In this document: one piece after another, positions 40,440 to 52,290 of the stretch | Numbering within the stretch: the first letter of the stretch is position 1 | How the letters are laid out: every line of letters starts with the position of its first letter | Origin: Oscarella lobularis | Taxonomy: Eukaryota | Assembly (NCBI RefSeq): GCF_947507565.1 | Contig: NC_089177.1 | Location: 554,648-618,647 of the forward strand | Length of the DNA stretch: 64,000 nt | Direction: 5' to 3' | Notes under the pieces: model-generated | The model's database searches: none | Seen by the model: the letters and a program-made list of their open reading frames with translations, nothing else | Told to the model about the DNA's origin: nothing | Program-made: the position numbers and the translations under genes

Positions 40440-41900
40440 TGTAGTGCTTTTCGTATCTCCTTTTTTCTTTCTCCGCGATGAGACGCTTGTGAACTTCCTG
40501 CTCTTCTATCAGGCGACTTTGATACTGATCCTTTTCCAGCTGAGCCAGTTTCTATACGTGTGCACGAGATCAGACGTCTTTAGTATGCGAATGCAACTAA
40601 ATCTCATCTACCGCCTCTCTGGCTAAAGACTCTTCAAACTCTTGAACACGCCGTTCTTCGTACTGTTTATTCAGGAACACACTGAACAAAAAAAATACGA
40701 TTTAGAGGATTTTTTCTACGGTTGCGTTATATTGAATAAATGAGCTTGCACTAACCGATTCTGCCTGATAACGTCTTTTTCACTTTTCATCTGAAAACCA
40801 TACAATTGTCAAGAACGCTCTAGAAACTCTGGAATACTAATATTCCGAGTTTATGGCACGGTTTTAATTAGGAGTCTACTACAGTACTGTAGTACTTCTA
40901 GAGGTGCCTAAAACTCAGGACCGGTACTGTGTTCTGTATATACGCATACCTGCATCAGCTGAACAACGATTCGTCTTTCCTGTTGTGACTGTCTCATTAG
41001 CCTATTAACAAGAACCTCTTCTCTTTTCGCTTCCTACGACAAAAAGAGCAAAATCAATCTGTCAGGTTACCTCTTCGCTATGGCATCACCTCCTCAATTC
41101 TGTGAATTTCCAACAATTCAACCAAAACTTTTCGCCGACGACGCTGTCTTTCCTGTCACAGTGTGAAGATTAGATAACCTTCAAATTGAAAGACTATAGT
41201 GGTCATCTCGACCTTCTGTGCGTCGTTTTCTTCGCGCAATCGTTCCTTGATTCTCTTCAAGTATTCTACATCACGCGAATGAAGTCCTTCGCCAAACGTC
41301 AAAAGTCCTTGCTGATCGGGAGGAGGTGGGATCGTAAAGGCGAGACTTGATTCAAACGCGTCAATGCTCAGTCTCGTCGCCTAAGTAGAAAATTGATCTC
41401 TGAGATGAAAGGAAGGAAGGAAGGAAAAGCGTTCACCTCTGCTACTGCGTTCCGCTGTTTCTCCTGTGCCTTTCTTTCTGAATTCACTTTTCCATCTGGA
41501 GTCGTTTTCTTCTTCGACTCTTTGATTGGACTGACAAAGAACGTCAGCGCTTAGACTATGGATTTGTAAGTTTACCTCAGCTTTAGAGACTGGTACATTG
41601 CATTATTGATTTCTCTCACTTGACGCGACTAAAACATCAGATCAATAAAACTATATATCAATTAAAGTGGCGCCTGGTGGTTTTCTTACCTTAGTTATGG
41701 ATACGAGTCTAGCTTCGTCTCTTTGCCTCTTCAACTTTTCCTCATGTTCGATTCTAAACACAATCTATTGATCTCTTTACCATTTCAAATCTATTTATTT
41801 TTGATGCCTTGCTCTGTCGGCGAGCTCTTCTCTTTCTTTCTGCTTCATCTGAAATTTCGTAATCATAGCTTCAAAATTGAGATCGACCTGTCTCTTTGTT
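40440..41900 (-). CDS. Coiled-coil protein (multi-exon). Family not recognised; possibly ciliary or centrosomal.
   Basis: Minus-strand exons such as KLAQLEKDQYQSRLIEEQEVHKRLIAE have heptad periodicity. Confidence 0.3.
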
Positions 41901-41929
41901 TGATGAGCGAGTCTCTACGCGCACAGTCA

Positions 41930-42552
41930 ATAACGAATCAGCTCTAAGTAAGTGTTCATCTGCAACAGACTCCCAATCACCTTTTTATAAAGAGTCGATT
42001 CAACGGCGTCGAGTTTCGTTTTCCCCATGGGCTTCATGGCCTCGAGCGACTGATACGTCAGTCGGCGATCTTCGCTTCGATTCAACGAGATGAACAACTG
42101 ATACATAAGACGCGTCGCTGCGCCGTGCCGCTCCATCATGACTTCGCGTGCCTAGAATTAATATTGGGTATAAAGTGCGACGAAAATTTTTAAACGTGGC
42201 GATTGCCATGTTCGTGTTGAACGGAACGCCGAGCAGCTTGAGAACGGGTTCGAGCCTCGTAAAGTTGTTCAATTTCGACTCCGACGAGCTTTGTGAAAGT
42301 TCTCGTGTCTTATGTATTAGTGAATCGAAGTTTTTCGTACCTTCCACGGGAAAATTGTTCGAAATCATCCTGCCGTGAAAAACGGTTGAGTTTACGCGGC
42401 TGTTCGGCACTTTTTACCTGTAGATTGTGTTTGCACAAGAGCTCTCCGATGAGGTAGCCGTTAGAAAAGTCTTGCACAAACGACGACGGTTCTGAAAAGG
42501 AGAAGCAACGGATTGGACGGCGCGATTTCGCGTTGCGATCCTTTACCGACAA
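41930..42552 (-). CDS. SPEF1: SPEF1/CLAMP-like protein with an N-terminal CH-like (DUF1042) domain.
   Basis: FSFSEPSSFVQDFSNGYLIGELLCKHN resembles SPEF1 DLRRDFSNGVLVAEVI. The next exon, KLNNFTRLEPVLKLLGVPFN, resembles KLSNWGHLNRKVLKRLNFSV. Confidence 0.5.
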
Positions 42553-42621
42553 CGGAACTCAGTTGTACGTCATCATTAAGCCATCTGCAAAGTATCTCTG
42601 TCATTCTAGGCTTGCTTCGTC

Positions 42622-43860
42622 TTAGGAGTTCGCATCCAAGCGATCCCCAAGACAACAAATAGTGCACAAACGCCCGTATAAAACGTGCGTAAATCTACGC
42701 AGCGTGATCACGCGCGGGGGAACTAAACTATATGAGATCCTGTAGTATTTCTCGCAGCCGATCCAGCTGCCTAGGGAGTTTGTCCCGTTCCGTTTTTGGG
42801 AGTCGTTGAGAGCCCAAACGGAGTATGTGACCGTATTGCACTTCAGTAAATTGAGGTCCCTGCTCCACAATGACAGTGAGGAGTTCCTAAAAAAAGAAAA
42901 TACTCCATTATCACGATGCTCAATGCCACTTGGTATTCCTACTTCTGGATTCAAGAAGAGTAGTTCAAAATACTGTCTTGCACGAGCCAAGTCGAGTTCT
43001 CTACTCATTGTGATGTTGGTGAGATTTTGCTGCAGATTGTAAATATTGTTGCACCTGGAAAATAAGTAAATAAAGGAAAAAATCGGCGTCTCGATTTATC
43101 TTCGTACATTCGTTTGATTCCATAGTCGTTGATTGCTCCAAGAAAATTCGTGCTGGAGATCAATATTGACGCTATTAGATATCCAAGCCCTTCAAACAAG
43201 TACCTGGTAGGTAATAAATAATTATAACAAAACCTGGCACATTGCAAAATTCTCTCATACTTGAACTTAGCGTAACTCAACGCCTCCTCCATTACCTCCT
43301 TGGTAGACTTTAGATCATTGTTAAAAAAGCGGACGTGCTCATCTACTTCCATGGAGTCGCTATCGTGCACGTAGGTAGACTGTGACAGAAAGACGTGCAG
43401 GCCTTGTCAGCGCTCATCAAATCTTGCCTACCTGTTTTGCAGCAGGGAGAAGAAAGAAGTAGCAGTGACACCGAATTTCCAAATGAAGCATTATAAGACA
43501 AGTCTCGGCTAAATCGCACAATTCATCTCGAAGTTGATCCACACCTCTACAACGGATTTGAACACAGGACATCTACTACGCCTTTCGTACCTTAGCAAGG
43601 CGCCAGGAACTTCAACGCTGCCTTTTTTGATTGAAACCGAACTGAGTGAAGTGAGAGTAGCAAGTAAGGCCTCGGTACGATTAGCCAGCCATTCCTACAA
43701 AAATAACGGAGATACTTCCAGAGTCGATGGCCCATATCCACTGTACTGACTAGGCTTTCTTGCAAATGCGCGACAACCTTAAGATCTCCTAAACTCAGTA
43801 CGACGGCTGATTTGATGAGTAAGCGATCTCCAATATTGCGAGTGAGCATTTCGCACTCCT
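42622..43860 (-). CDS. PCI-domain protein, possibly translation initiation factor eIF3 subunit E (INT6)-like.
   Basis: [32 protein letters not shown]...[10 protein letters not shown] resembles eIF3e [31 protein letters not shown]...LWGKLASEILM. The C-terminal portion matches poorly. Confidence 0.4.
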
Positions 43861-44261
43861 AAAAAAATTACTAAATTCTTAACATTGGAAGGACGTGTCC
43901 TTTGCCTGTCTATGATGCTCCTGAACAGTTTCCAAGTCTTCCTGTACCTTCTTCGCAACCAAACTGGTATGAATATAAAAAAAGACCGCTCTAAGATACC
44001 TTTTTGGATTTGTGGTGACCCTGTTGCTCCTGCTGTTGCTGCATGTGAGTCCACGCAGGGAACGATCTTTGAAAGCATACGGCGTACGGTAAGCACTAGA
44101 GTTTGCCTTTATGAAGATCAGCTGTACTTTAACAGTCGTCTGATGTCTTCGTCTTTGGCCCACATTCCACTTATCGTTCTCAGCCTACCGTCCTCCGTCA
44201 CTCCCAGAATGTCTACAGGAGGACGTTTTTGATATAGTCTAACTATTATTTGTTTCACCAC

Positions 44262-47056
44262 TGACGTTTATAGAGCTGAGAACAAGAGTCGCGATACTTC
44301 AAGAGCATGTCTGAAATCATGTTCAAGAAGTGCTCAGCGTAAGGAGGAAGCCGTTCCATCATATCACGCAATTCTCGCATATTTTGTTCCATGACAACGG
44401 CACTCTTAAATAAACGAAAAAAATCAAAAACATACTCAATTTGATTTTTTTCTTACTTGCAATACAGGTTTCGACGGCGCGGCACTGCCAGCCTGCTTGA
44501 GCATACTGTCGTCGGCTAGTACTCTCTGAACATCAAAACCTGGACAAAACACGAGTTACTCTCGCCTTCTCGCCTACATTCTCCTCGTACCTTTAATTGC
44601 GGCCTCTAATTTGCTCGTCATTTCATCAGCGACGCTTTCTAAGAAGGTGTTCACTACGTAATCTTCCAAGAACTCGTACAATAAACAGTGAGAGCTAAAA
44701 TAGGAAGCGTACATATCCACGAGAACAACCTTAACAACAGTTTCCTTTACTCGGGTTCACAGTCGGTGGCCACTTCAATTTCTTTAATAAAAGCTCGCAA
44801 AGGAACAAATACGAGAGTGATGTTCTTCATGTCCGGTTTGCAGACAAAAATCGGAGTCGAAGACAATCGTGGCATCATTGCATGAGGCATACTTTCTTCC
44901 TAAGGTACACCTCTATTTCTCCGCGACACAATACGACGTACGAAAAGACTTACAATGCCCTCTTCCTGCTGAAGTTCCCACTGTTCCCTCATGTATGACT
45001 TGACACTGAGAGCGTGAGAAGACGCTTCGAATCGAAATAGTTTTTTCTAAAGTAATCCGAACAATAGAGACAGACGGCCGTTCTCGGTTTTGTCGCTGAC
45101 CTTCTGCCCTTTGTGACCACCGCCTTTCTTCTTAGGCATAAAATAGGACGAAAGACTTCCAGCGTCGCCAAACGTGGTCAAACGATGCGTATTCGACGTA
45201 AAACTTCTCAAGTCCAAGTACTGCGTCAGAAGACGTTCAACCTGCAATGATGAAGACAGAAAGTAATTAGAGGTCTGCTAAAATGTTCGAGCGCCCAACT
45301 TACGGAGTATTGAATTGCTGACCAAACGTCAGCCTCCTTGTACAGTTCGACAGTTCCTAGACGAATGTTAAAACGGCGCGACTCTCTAGCAAATCCTCAC
45401 CTCCGTCGGGATTTTCAGTAATGCTTTTCCGCAAAGCCGTAAGCACGACGCTGTGAGCAGTAGCAATAGCTCGGAATTTATCAAAGCACTGCAGAAGAAG
45501 CTCTAGCAGCAAATGCGGCTGCAGGAAAAAAAAACTAAGACTTTTTCTCTAATTTTGCATCTTGGTTAGTTGACCTGGTGGGTTGCCAATAACCCAGTCA
45601 TGTGTGAACTGCAAAAATAAACAGGTATATTAATAATAGTGAAATTATGTCAAGTTTAGCTTTACTTGTCTGCTATCTGCTCCGTTATACCATCGACAAT
45701 TCCCTCCAAATCAGATGGCAATTTCTTCTTTAGAGTCTTTCAAGGAAATTCACTTATACCGGCAGTTGCTGACCGACAAGCAGCCCGTCTTACTTCAACG
45801 ATGTCCGGTGTCATTTTCAGCACAGCGAGGCACTCAACCAACATGGTAAGATATTGAGATCCGTCTTCAAGATCTGGCTCAAGCCCCTAAAAGGTTACGT
45901 TCTCAAATCTATTGAGAGAGAGCCGGCGCTCGCAGCCTACTTCAGCCGAATGCACGTCCTCCGAAGAGCCTGCCCGACTGTCTATTATTAAAAGAAATTA
46001 ATACGTAACTTTGAAAAAGCAAGCGCCGAACCTCCTGCTGTTTTACCGCTAACAGCTACACAGGAAGAAAAAACGTCGAATGACAAAATACTAACACGAA
46101 CAGAGCAATTCTACCAAGTAGTTTCTTAGGCATCTGTGGTGATGGCTTCAGATTTTCAATAGATTGTACTGACAAGCCCAAAGGGCTAATAGGTAAGGAC
46201 AGAAACAAACAAGTCCCCTCGCACTTACATTTGTGTCGTTTCCGGACTTGTGCAGCAGATGATCTCACGTAGACGTGCCTATGCAGTTCTTCGCGAAGAA
46301 CTTCGAGAAGTTTCTAGTAAATGGAAGGCGCCCTCCTCCCCATGAGATGGAGAGCAGAAGAGGAATATCGAACGTACAGCTTTCTCCGCAGCCATCTCGG
46401 TTCGCATTCCAGCGAGAGCCTTGACACCAGCCAACTCACCATCAAGAAGATCCACTGAAGAGAGGAGAGAGAAACAAAGTACAGACTCGAACGAGTGAGG
46501 GAGGGGGTGGGGATATGCCGTTGGAGCTGTACCTGTTTTTACAAGAAGGTGGGTGGCATCGAGATATTGTCGCGAATCTGTAAACACTTTCAAATCTTCT
46601 GGTGCTTTTTTGACAGACTCGCTGAGAGGAAGAAGATATTGAACCAAGAATCTCTGGGAGGTTTTTTTTTCGGTACATTTTGTCGAGCAATCGAAGGGTC
46701 TCCTTCGACTGGACGCTCTCCGTCCACAACTTTCTCAACTCGTCGCGACGACATCGCAGTTTCGTTTTGCATTCGTCGATTGTTCGTCTGAGCGTTCGGA
46801 TGCGATTTCGGGACTCGACGACGCGCGCGGAGATGTGCGTAAATGCCGTTACCGAGCCTTTCAAGTGATCGTAGTGATCTAGTTTCGCGTTGTGTTTCTC
46901 TGTTCGGTTCGAAGGAGACAGTAGTTTCTTACTTTCGACGATTTTCTCTAGTTTTTCGTCTTCTCGACGATAATTTTCCGTCAATTCGTCTTTAACGCGA
47001 TCTCGCTGAGCTTCACTCGAGCTAAGCAGCGCGAATGAAAACGATTTCTCGCCCAT
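44262..47056 (-). CDS. EXOC4: Exocyst complex component 4 (Sec8). Multi-exon; it is head-to-head with aprataxin.
   Basis: The N-terminal exon ...[46 protein letters not shown] resembles human [48 protein letters not shown]. The ATG is at 47054-47056. Downstream exons encode long helical segments (EDYVVNTFLESVADEMTSKLEAAIK; VMEQNMRELRDMMERLPPYAEHFLNMISDMLLKYRDSCSQL). Confidence 0.75.
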
Positions 47057-47236
47057 TGACCCTTGTGTGGAGCCTCACCTGTCTTTCGCGAGATTTTTTA
47101 TCAAGGAAACGAGCAACGCCGACTAAGAAAAATTGCATAGACAGAATCACACTGAATATAGCCTTACCTCGGACCCCATTCTGCGTGGACAGCGTATGTT
47201 TTGTACGGGCGTTTCTCCTTGCAAAAAAATAAATAA

Positions 47237-47860
47237 ATGAAGAGCGTCGCGAAGACTACGACTGCAGTGGCTGCGCGTCCACGTCCTTACCAGTGCAAGA
47301 CCGCTAAGGGTGGATGGAGCTACGCTCTTCTTCGCGCCATGGACGATCCAACTCAGCGAGTCGACTCGGACGATCGAATCGTGATCATAAAGGACGGCTT
47401 CCCGAAAGCGCGTCATCACTATCTCGTTCTCGCTCGCGCCGACGTTGAAAGTCTCGCCAAAGTCGGTCGAGAGCACGTGCCACTTCTCGAGCACATGCAG
47501 GCGAAAGCGCGCGAATTGGCGACGAGAATTCGAGACGAGGCCACCCCGAACGCTCCCCGACCCCAATTTCGCATCGGCTATCACGCCGTGCCGAGTATGA
47601 GGCGGCTTCATTTGCACGTCGTTAGTCAGGACTTCGATTCGCCTTGTCTGAAGCATAAGAAGCATTGGCACTCGTTTACGTCCGACTTCTTTATGGAATC
47701 GAGCGACGTCATCGCTCTGCTGAAGCGGGAGGGTCGCGTGACGATTGATCGAGACTACTACGAGGGTCTGTTGAAACGTCCCCTAGCTTGTCATCGGTGC
47801 GGACGAGCGACGGCGACGATGCCGGCGCTCAAGGATCACATAAGGACACACGATAGATAA
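47237..47860 (+). CDS. APTX: Aprataxin-like HIT-domain DNA 5'-adenylate hydrolase with a C-terminal C2H2 zinc finger. This is a short form with no FHA domain, encoded in a single exon.
   Basis: RHHYLVLARADVESL and HLHVVSQDF form the HIT histidine-triad region. CHRCGRATATMPALKDHIRTH is a C2H2 finger. A real ATG is at 47237. Confidence 0.85.
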   Translation: MKSVAKTTTAVAARPRPYQCKTAKGGWSYALLRAMDDPTQRVDSDDRIVIIKDGFPKARHHYLVLARADVESLAKVGREHVPLLEHMQAKARELATRIRDEATPNAPRPQFRIGYHAVPSMRRLHLHVVSQDFDSPCLKHKKHWHSFTSDFFMESSDVIALLKREGRVTIDRDYYEGLLKRPLACHRCGRATATMPALKDHIRTHDR

Positions 47861-47941
47861 AGAGACGTTTTTCTTTGAGGGTGTGATAGATGAATAGTTG
47901 TTGCGTTTTTCGGAGGCATCCTTTGCAAGAAACGGTTTGTC

Positions 47942-47963
47942 AATTAATTAATTAATTAATTAA
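47942..47963. repeat. (AATT)n tetranucleotide repeat in the aprataxin 3' region.
   Basis: caattaattaattaattaatta read directly. Confidence 0.8.
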
Positions 47964-48206
47964 ACGAGTGCCGTGCATCTTGCCTCATTTTCTTTGCTCT
48001 CTCGCTATACATGCATCCGAAAGACCTGTTCTCTTTTGAGATACAGTAAGAAACATCCTTTCAACACAGACTATGTATAGCAAATAATCTATGTACTACA
48101 GAAACGATGAGGTACAGTAGTCGGGAATAATAAAACTGCAAAAAATTTACTTTGGTACCTGGGACTAGTCAACTTCAGAGTAACCATTCTTTTTCCAAGT
48201 CAACCA

Positions 48207-50022
48207 CTAGAAAGGAAGTGGAATATTACTTGACCAGCACAAACGCGTCGTACAAACCATTTGCTCCCCATCCTTCCAGAGCCAATCAGCTGCCAGTCTA
48301 AACAATGTATCAATGTCAACCATCGATACTTTTCGACTCCTGCAGAGGTTCTCGTAATCATCTAAAGTGGACGTCCATATAGACGAGTCTGAGCGCGAAA
48401 AATGCACCCTACGTGGAAGCATGTGATCGTTCTTGAATTCGCAGTAGAGCCGATCAAATTCATTGAGACTGAGAAAACCATCGTTGTCTTCGTCAAATTC
48501 CGAGAACTTTCGTCTCCAAAATCGCTTGCTGCAATCGCTCAGCTCCCCGTTCTCGTCAAGAGCTGAACCGGCAAAAAACAATCACACAAAAAGACAATAG
48601 ACACTCGATTGAGACTACCTTTAGTGGGTGGATGCGAAGGTTCAACTGTCAGACTCGCCGACATGACAGGACGTTCCATAGGAGCTAAAGACGTACAAAA
48701 AAATTATTAAGCAATCGCCACTCGCAGTTCTTCTCACCTTTATAAATTCTCAATAGACGATCTTCACAGCCTGACAGCAGGTGACGACCATCAGATGAAA
48801 ACGCCAACGACGCTGCAGCTTTCTTTATAAAGAATCAGAAAAAGTAGGACCGGTAGCATCGACCTCACTTTCCCGTCTGACAGCACAAACAAACGTTCTC
48901 CTGATGTAAATGAATAAAAGTGAATTTCGCCGGAGTCTAAGCCAGCAGCCAAGTGGCCATACAACGAACTGAAAGCAAGACTTCGGACACCACATCCTAA
49001 AAAATCGAATTCAAGTCCAAATTATGAAATTTTGATTAATTTCTCACCCCTTTCCAGAACGAAATGATGAATTAATCTCTTTGGCCCATACACCTCCCAC
49101 ATTTTAACTTCGCCCGTGTTCAGGCCAACGGCGATGTACCTTCGGTGCAACTTCTATTGCGTGAAACACAAAGTGCCTACGCCGTGGACTTACTTTCCAT
49201 CAGGCGAGAAAGATATCGCTGTGTCTGTTGCCATCAGCCCAGACCCAACACCTACACCTATAGAAAAATCTTGAAACGAGAGAAAAATTTCGTATGTTTG
49301 TGTGCCTGTGTCTATGCAGAAGTAGGACTGTTCCGTTTTCCAGTCCACTATATTTATAATGTTGTTTCCGACGGGGCGAAGGCGACTTCCCGGCTGGATG
49401 CTCAATGCAAGAAGAGTTCGCGACGTATCAGGGCTAAACTGCATACTAAAAAGAAGTCTTTCTGATGTTACACTTTTGCGATATTAGTTTCACCTCTGAC
49501 AAACGCCATCTCTATCCTGCAAAAAGAAGTCTCAATTAAACACCGTGTGAGCGCCTTCAGTTGCCTACCCCAAGTCGTTTGTCCGCTACTATGGTGTGAA
49601 GCGGATGCCTCAAGTATCCTTCAACTGGACCAATTGACCAAATTTCGACCTACGTAAGAAGTGCGTTGCTATTCTCTTAGCTTTCACGTCCAACTCAAGA
49701 GCTGCCATACCACGTTCCTGTCTATGTCAGCTGTGGCCAAATGACCGTCCGCAGAAAACGCGACCATTTGCAAAGGACGATTCTATACGAAACCCGTGAA
49801 AAATGCGTACCATCAAGACATAAGCGAATTAGGCACTTCAGCAGCTTTCGTTCCGGATGACAATCCAATTTCCAGTTTCCAACCGGGCGACTTCAGGTCA
49901 AACACAGTCGTCAGCTGAGTGCCGGCAGCCAAAAAGTCTCCCCAGAAACTCAGTGACACAACCGAATCGCGTAGGGAAAAGGTATGCAGTCTGTTTCCAC
50001 TAACCAAATCCCACAAAATCAC
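48207..50022 (-). CDS. WD40-repeat protein exons followed by a C-terminal EF-hand-containing exon. It may be the 3' part of a larger gene that continues upstream into ankyrin and PH exons.
   Basis: WD40 signatures include ILWDLVSGNRLHTFSLRDSVVSLSFWGDFLAAG and GHLAAGLDSGEIHFYSF. The EF-hand loop is EFDEDNDGFLSLNEFDRLYCEF. Confidence 0.55.
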
Positions 50023-50258
50023 CTAAAAGCAAATAACCTATTGTATGATCCTAATTAATGAGACGCATCCCCATCTTTACTTGACCGTCGCCAGCCCCAG
50101 AAACTAGCAACGTGGTGGAGACAGCTACAGACGTGACGGCCTCTAGATGACCCTTGAGAGCTTTCTCGCATTTGTACGGTTTAACAGTGTCAGGCAGAGC
50201 CTCCTTGAGCAACTCCGCAATCTTATAGTAAAAAATTAGAGTATTAATTAATTAATCT

Positions 50259-51057
50259 CTATTTTCCTGTCGTTACTTTTTCGTGTTTGTTTTCTACCGC
50301 TACTACATAGGCCGATCTTCGACGAGACGATATCGTGTCAGCATAAACGGTGGCTTTGTGCGAGAGAAGAAGTTCAACAATATCAAGACGACCCCTTTCA
50401 CTGGCAATAGATAATGCCGTCAGCCCATTGGCTACTTTGTCCACCGCAGCTCCTCTAAAATAAAACGGTCAAAAAGAGAGAGAAAAAAGCGATCAAAGAG
50501 GCAAGACCTTTTGAGAAGAAACTTGATAAAGTCAAGAGAAGCGTGTGCACATGCAACGTGCAGTGGACTCTTACCGGCATAATCCTAATAATAAAATGCA
50601 GTAGGCCTGACATTGAAAGCCAATGGTAGTCACCTCTTTGTTCACATCAGCATTGTAAGCAAGCAACAGCATGGCTATTTCCATGTCGTTTCGCTCGGCA
50701 CAGAAATGCAACAGCGTCGCTCCGCCTATCTTTTCCTCGCCGTCCGCCGACGCTCCTTTCTCCAGCAACAGTTTCAAAATCTTTCACATTCATTTTCGAA
50801 AATAAAACGAGTCGCTCAATAAAAGATTCCTACGTTTCTGTGGTCGTGCGTATAGGCGTGGAATATGGGCGGATAACGTTTCTGAGTGTCGACCGCTTCG
50901 CGACTCGCCTCTTGATCCAAAAGTTCCAAAACTTTCTCGGCATTTCCCTCCTAAATAACACACATCGAATATGATCTGTTGAAAAGGCGCAACGTGGGTC
51001 GATACCTGGCATGCTCTGTGAAGAGGACGATAGCCGGATGCGTCCACTTCCTCCCAT
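50259..51057 (-). CDS. Ankyrin-repeat exons (at least 4 repeats).
   Basis: GATLLHFCAERNDMEIAMLLLAYNADVN, GLTALSIASERGRLDIVELLLSHKA and ASGYRPLHRAC are canonical ANK repeat motifs. Confidence 0.6.
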
Positions 51058-51061
51058 GGAT

Positions 51062-52092
51062 TCACGAACATGTACGGTCTCGAATCGGATCTCTAAAGGA
51101 ATAAATTAATCCATCCACCTTTTCTAACTGACTTGGGGATCTTTTTACCGATTGTCTGCCTAGAGACCTCGATTTGGCTTTTGCTGTTAGTGGCGTGTCT
51201 TCGTCGCTTTCTTCCTCATCTGAAACCGGATTCCCGTCTTTTAAATAAAGACATATGACGCTTGCTTCGTTGGTAGGCTGGAGAAGCAATTAGACGCTGC
51301 GCAACCGATCGCCTGTAAGCGTCTCACTGAAACTATGCTGTGACGACTGTCCTCTAATAATTCTTTTTCCTCTGAAAGAGTTTTAGCTCCCGTTTTATCG
51401 GCCGATTCCTCGGGAACAGAATCAATTGAAAGAGAAGGTGCAGTTTGAACAGTTTTGGCTTCGCTGCCATCAGCTACATCAGATGACTCTAAAAAGATCG
51501 AGACCTGAAACTGATGAACCCCGCGTAGAGCGACTAAAAAAGGCACCCGCTTTGCTTTCAGAATCCGTTCCTCTCTTTCGCCTCTGGCACGCTATATAAC
51601 TAGTTCTAGAGAAAAATGGTCTCTGAATCGTTTTAGGTCTCTTACCCTCTTCTATAGCCTTCATCCATTCATCTGCTTCCTGATCGGAAGCAGCAAACAT
51701 TCTTAGATTGTAACGATCGGACTCCGCTTCTTTAGCTTCTACCTGCACGAACATCGGCACGTCATCTCCACTTCCTCCTAATTATAACTCGCCCCCCTAT
51801 TTACGAGAAATCCGTGCACTTTCTTCGAAGTCTTGTATTTCTCGACGCGAAGTATGCTCTCCAACGGAATGCTGTTTTTCTTCAACGATTGGGTTTTCTA
51901 TCAAAACAGAGGAAGATGTTGTTTGTTTAGCCGCCGGAGCGATCCGGCCGGCGCGCCGTTATCGCACCTTTTCGGCGTAATAGCTTAGTTTGTCGTCGGT
52001 CAGTTCGAACAGGCGTTTCTTCGTTAGTCCCCTGCTGTGTATGGGAAGTTTCTTCAAGTGGCCCTTTTTGAGAACCACGTCGGATGAGGACG
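51062..52092 (-). CDS. PH-domain protein, N-terminal exons. It starts MASSSDVVLKKGHLKK and has a Ser-rich acidic linker. It is possibly the 5' part of the same gene as the ANK/WD40/EF-hand exons downstream.
   Basis: MASSSDVVLKKGHLKKLPIHSRGLTKKRLFELTDDKLSYYAEK|...KNSIPLESILRVEKYKTSKK...MFAASDQEADEWMKAIEEG has the PH-domain fold signature including the terminal amphipathic helix with W. The ATG is about 52090-52092. Confidence 0.6.
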
Positions 52093-52290
52093 CCATTGGT
52101 TTCGAGATCCCAAAGGCGTCTCTCTTGCACGATTTTTGGCGCCGAAGGCTTCGACTGTCGATCTAAGAGTACGATTGCCTAAGGCACGATAAATACTCAC
52201 TCAGAACAAGAACCGGAGAAAACGAAAAAGTTAGCGCACTAGCGCCTACTGCCTGTAACCCGTACACGATATACGAAGCGAAGATGATGC

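Noticed and set aside
43885-44232. 115-aa plus-strand ORF and other 60-110-aa ORFs between 43.4 and 44.2 kb
   Set aside because: There is no recognisable similarity. The region lies between the EXOC4 3' end and the PCI-domain gene and is more likely UTR or intron sequence of those minus-strand genes.
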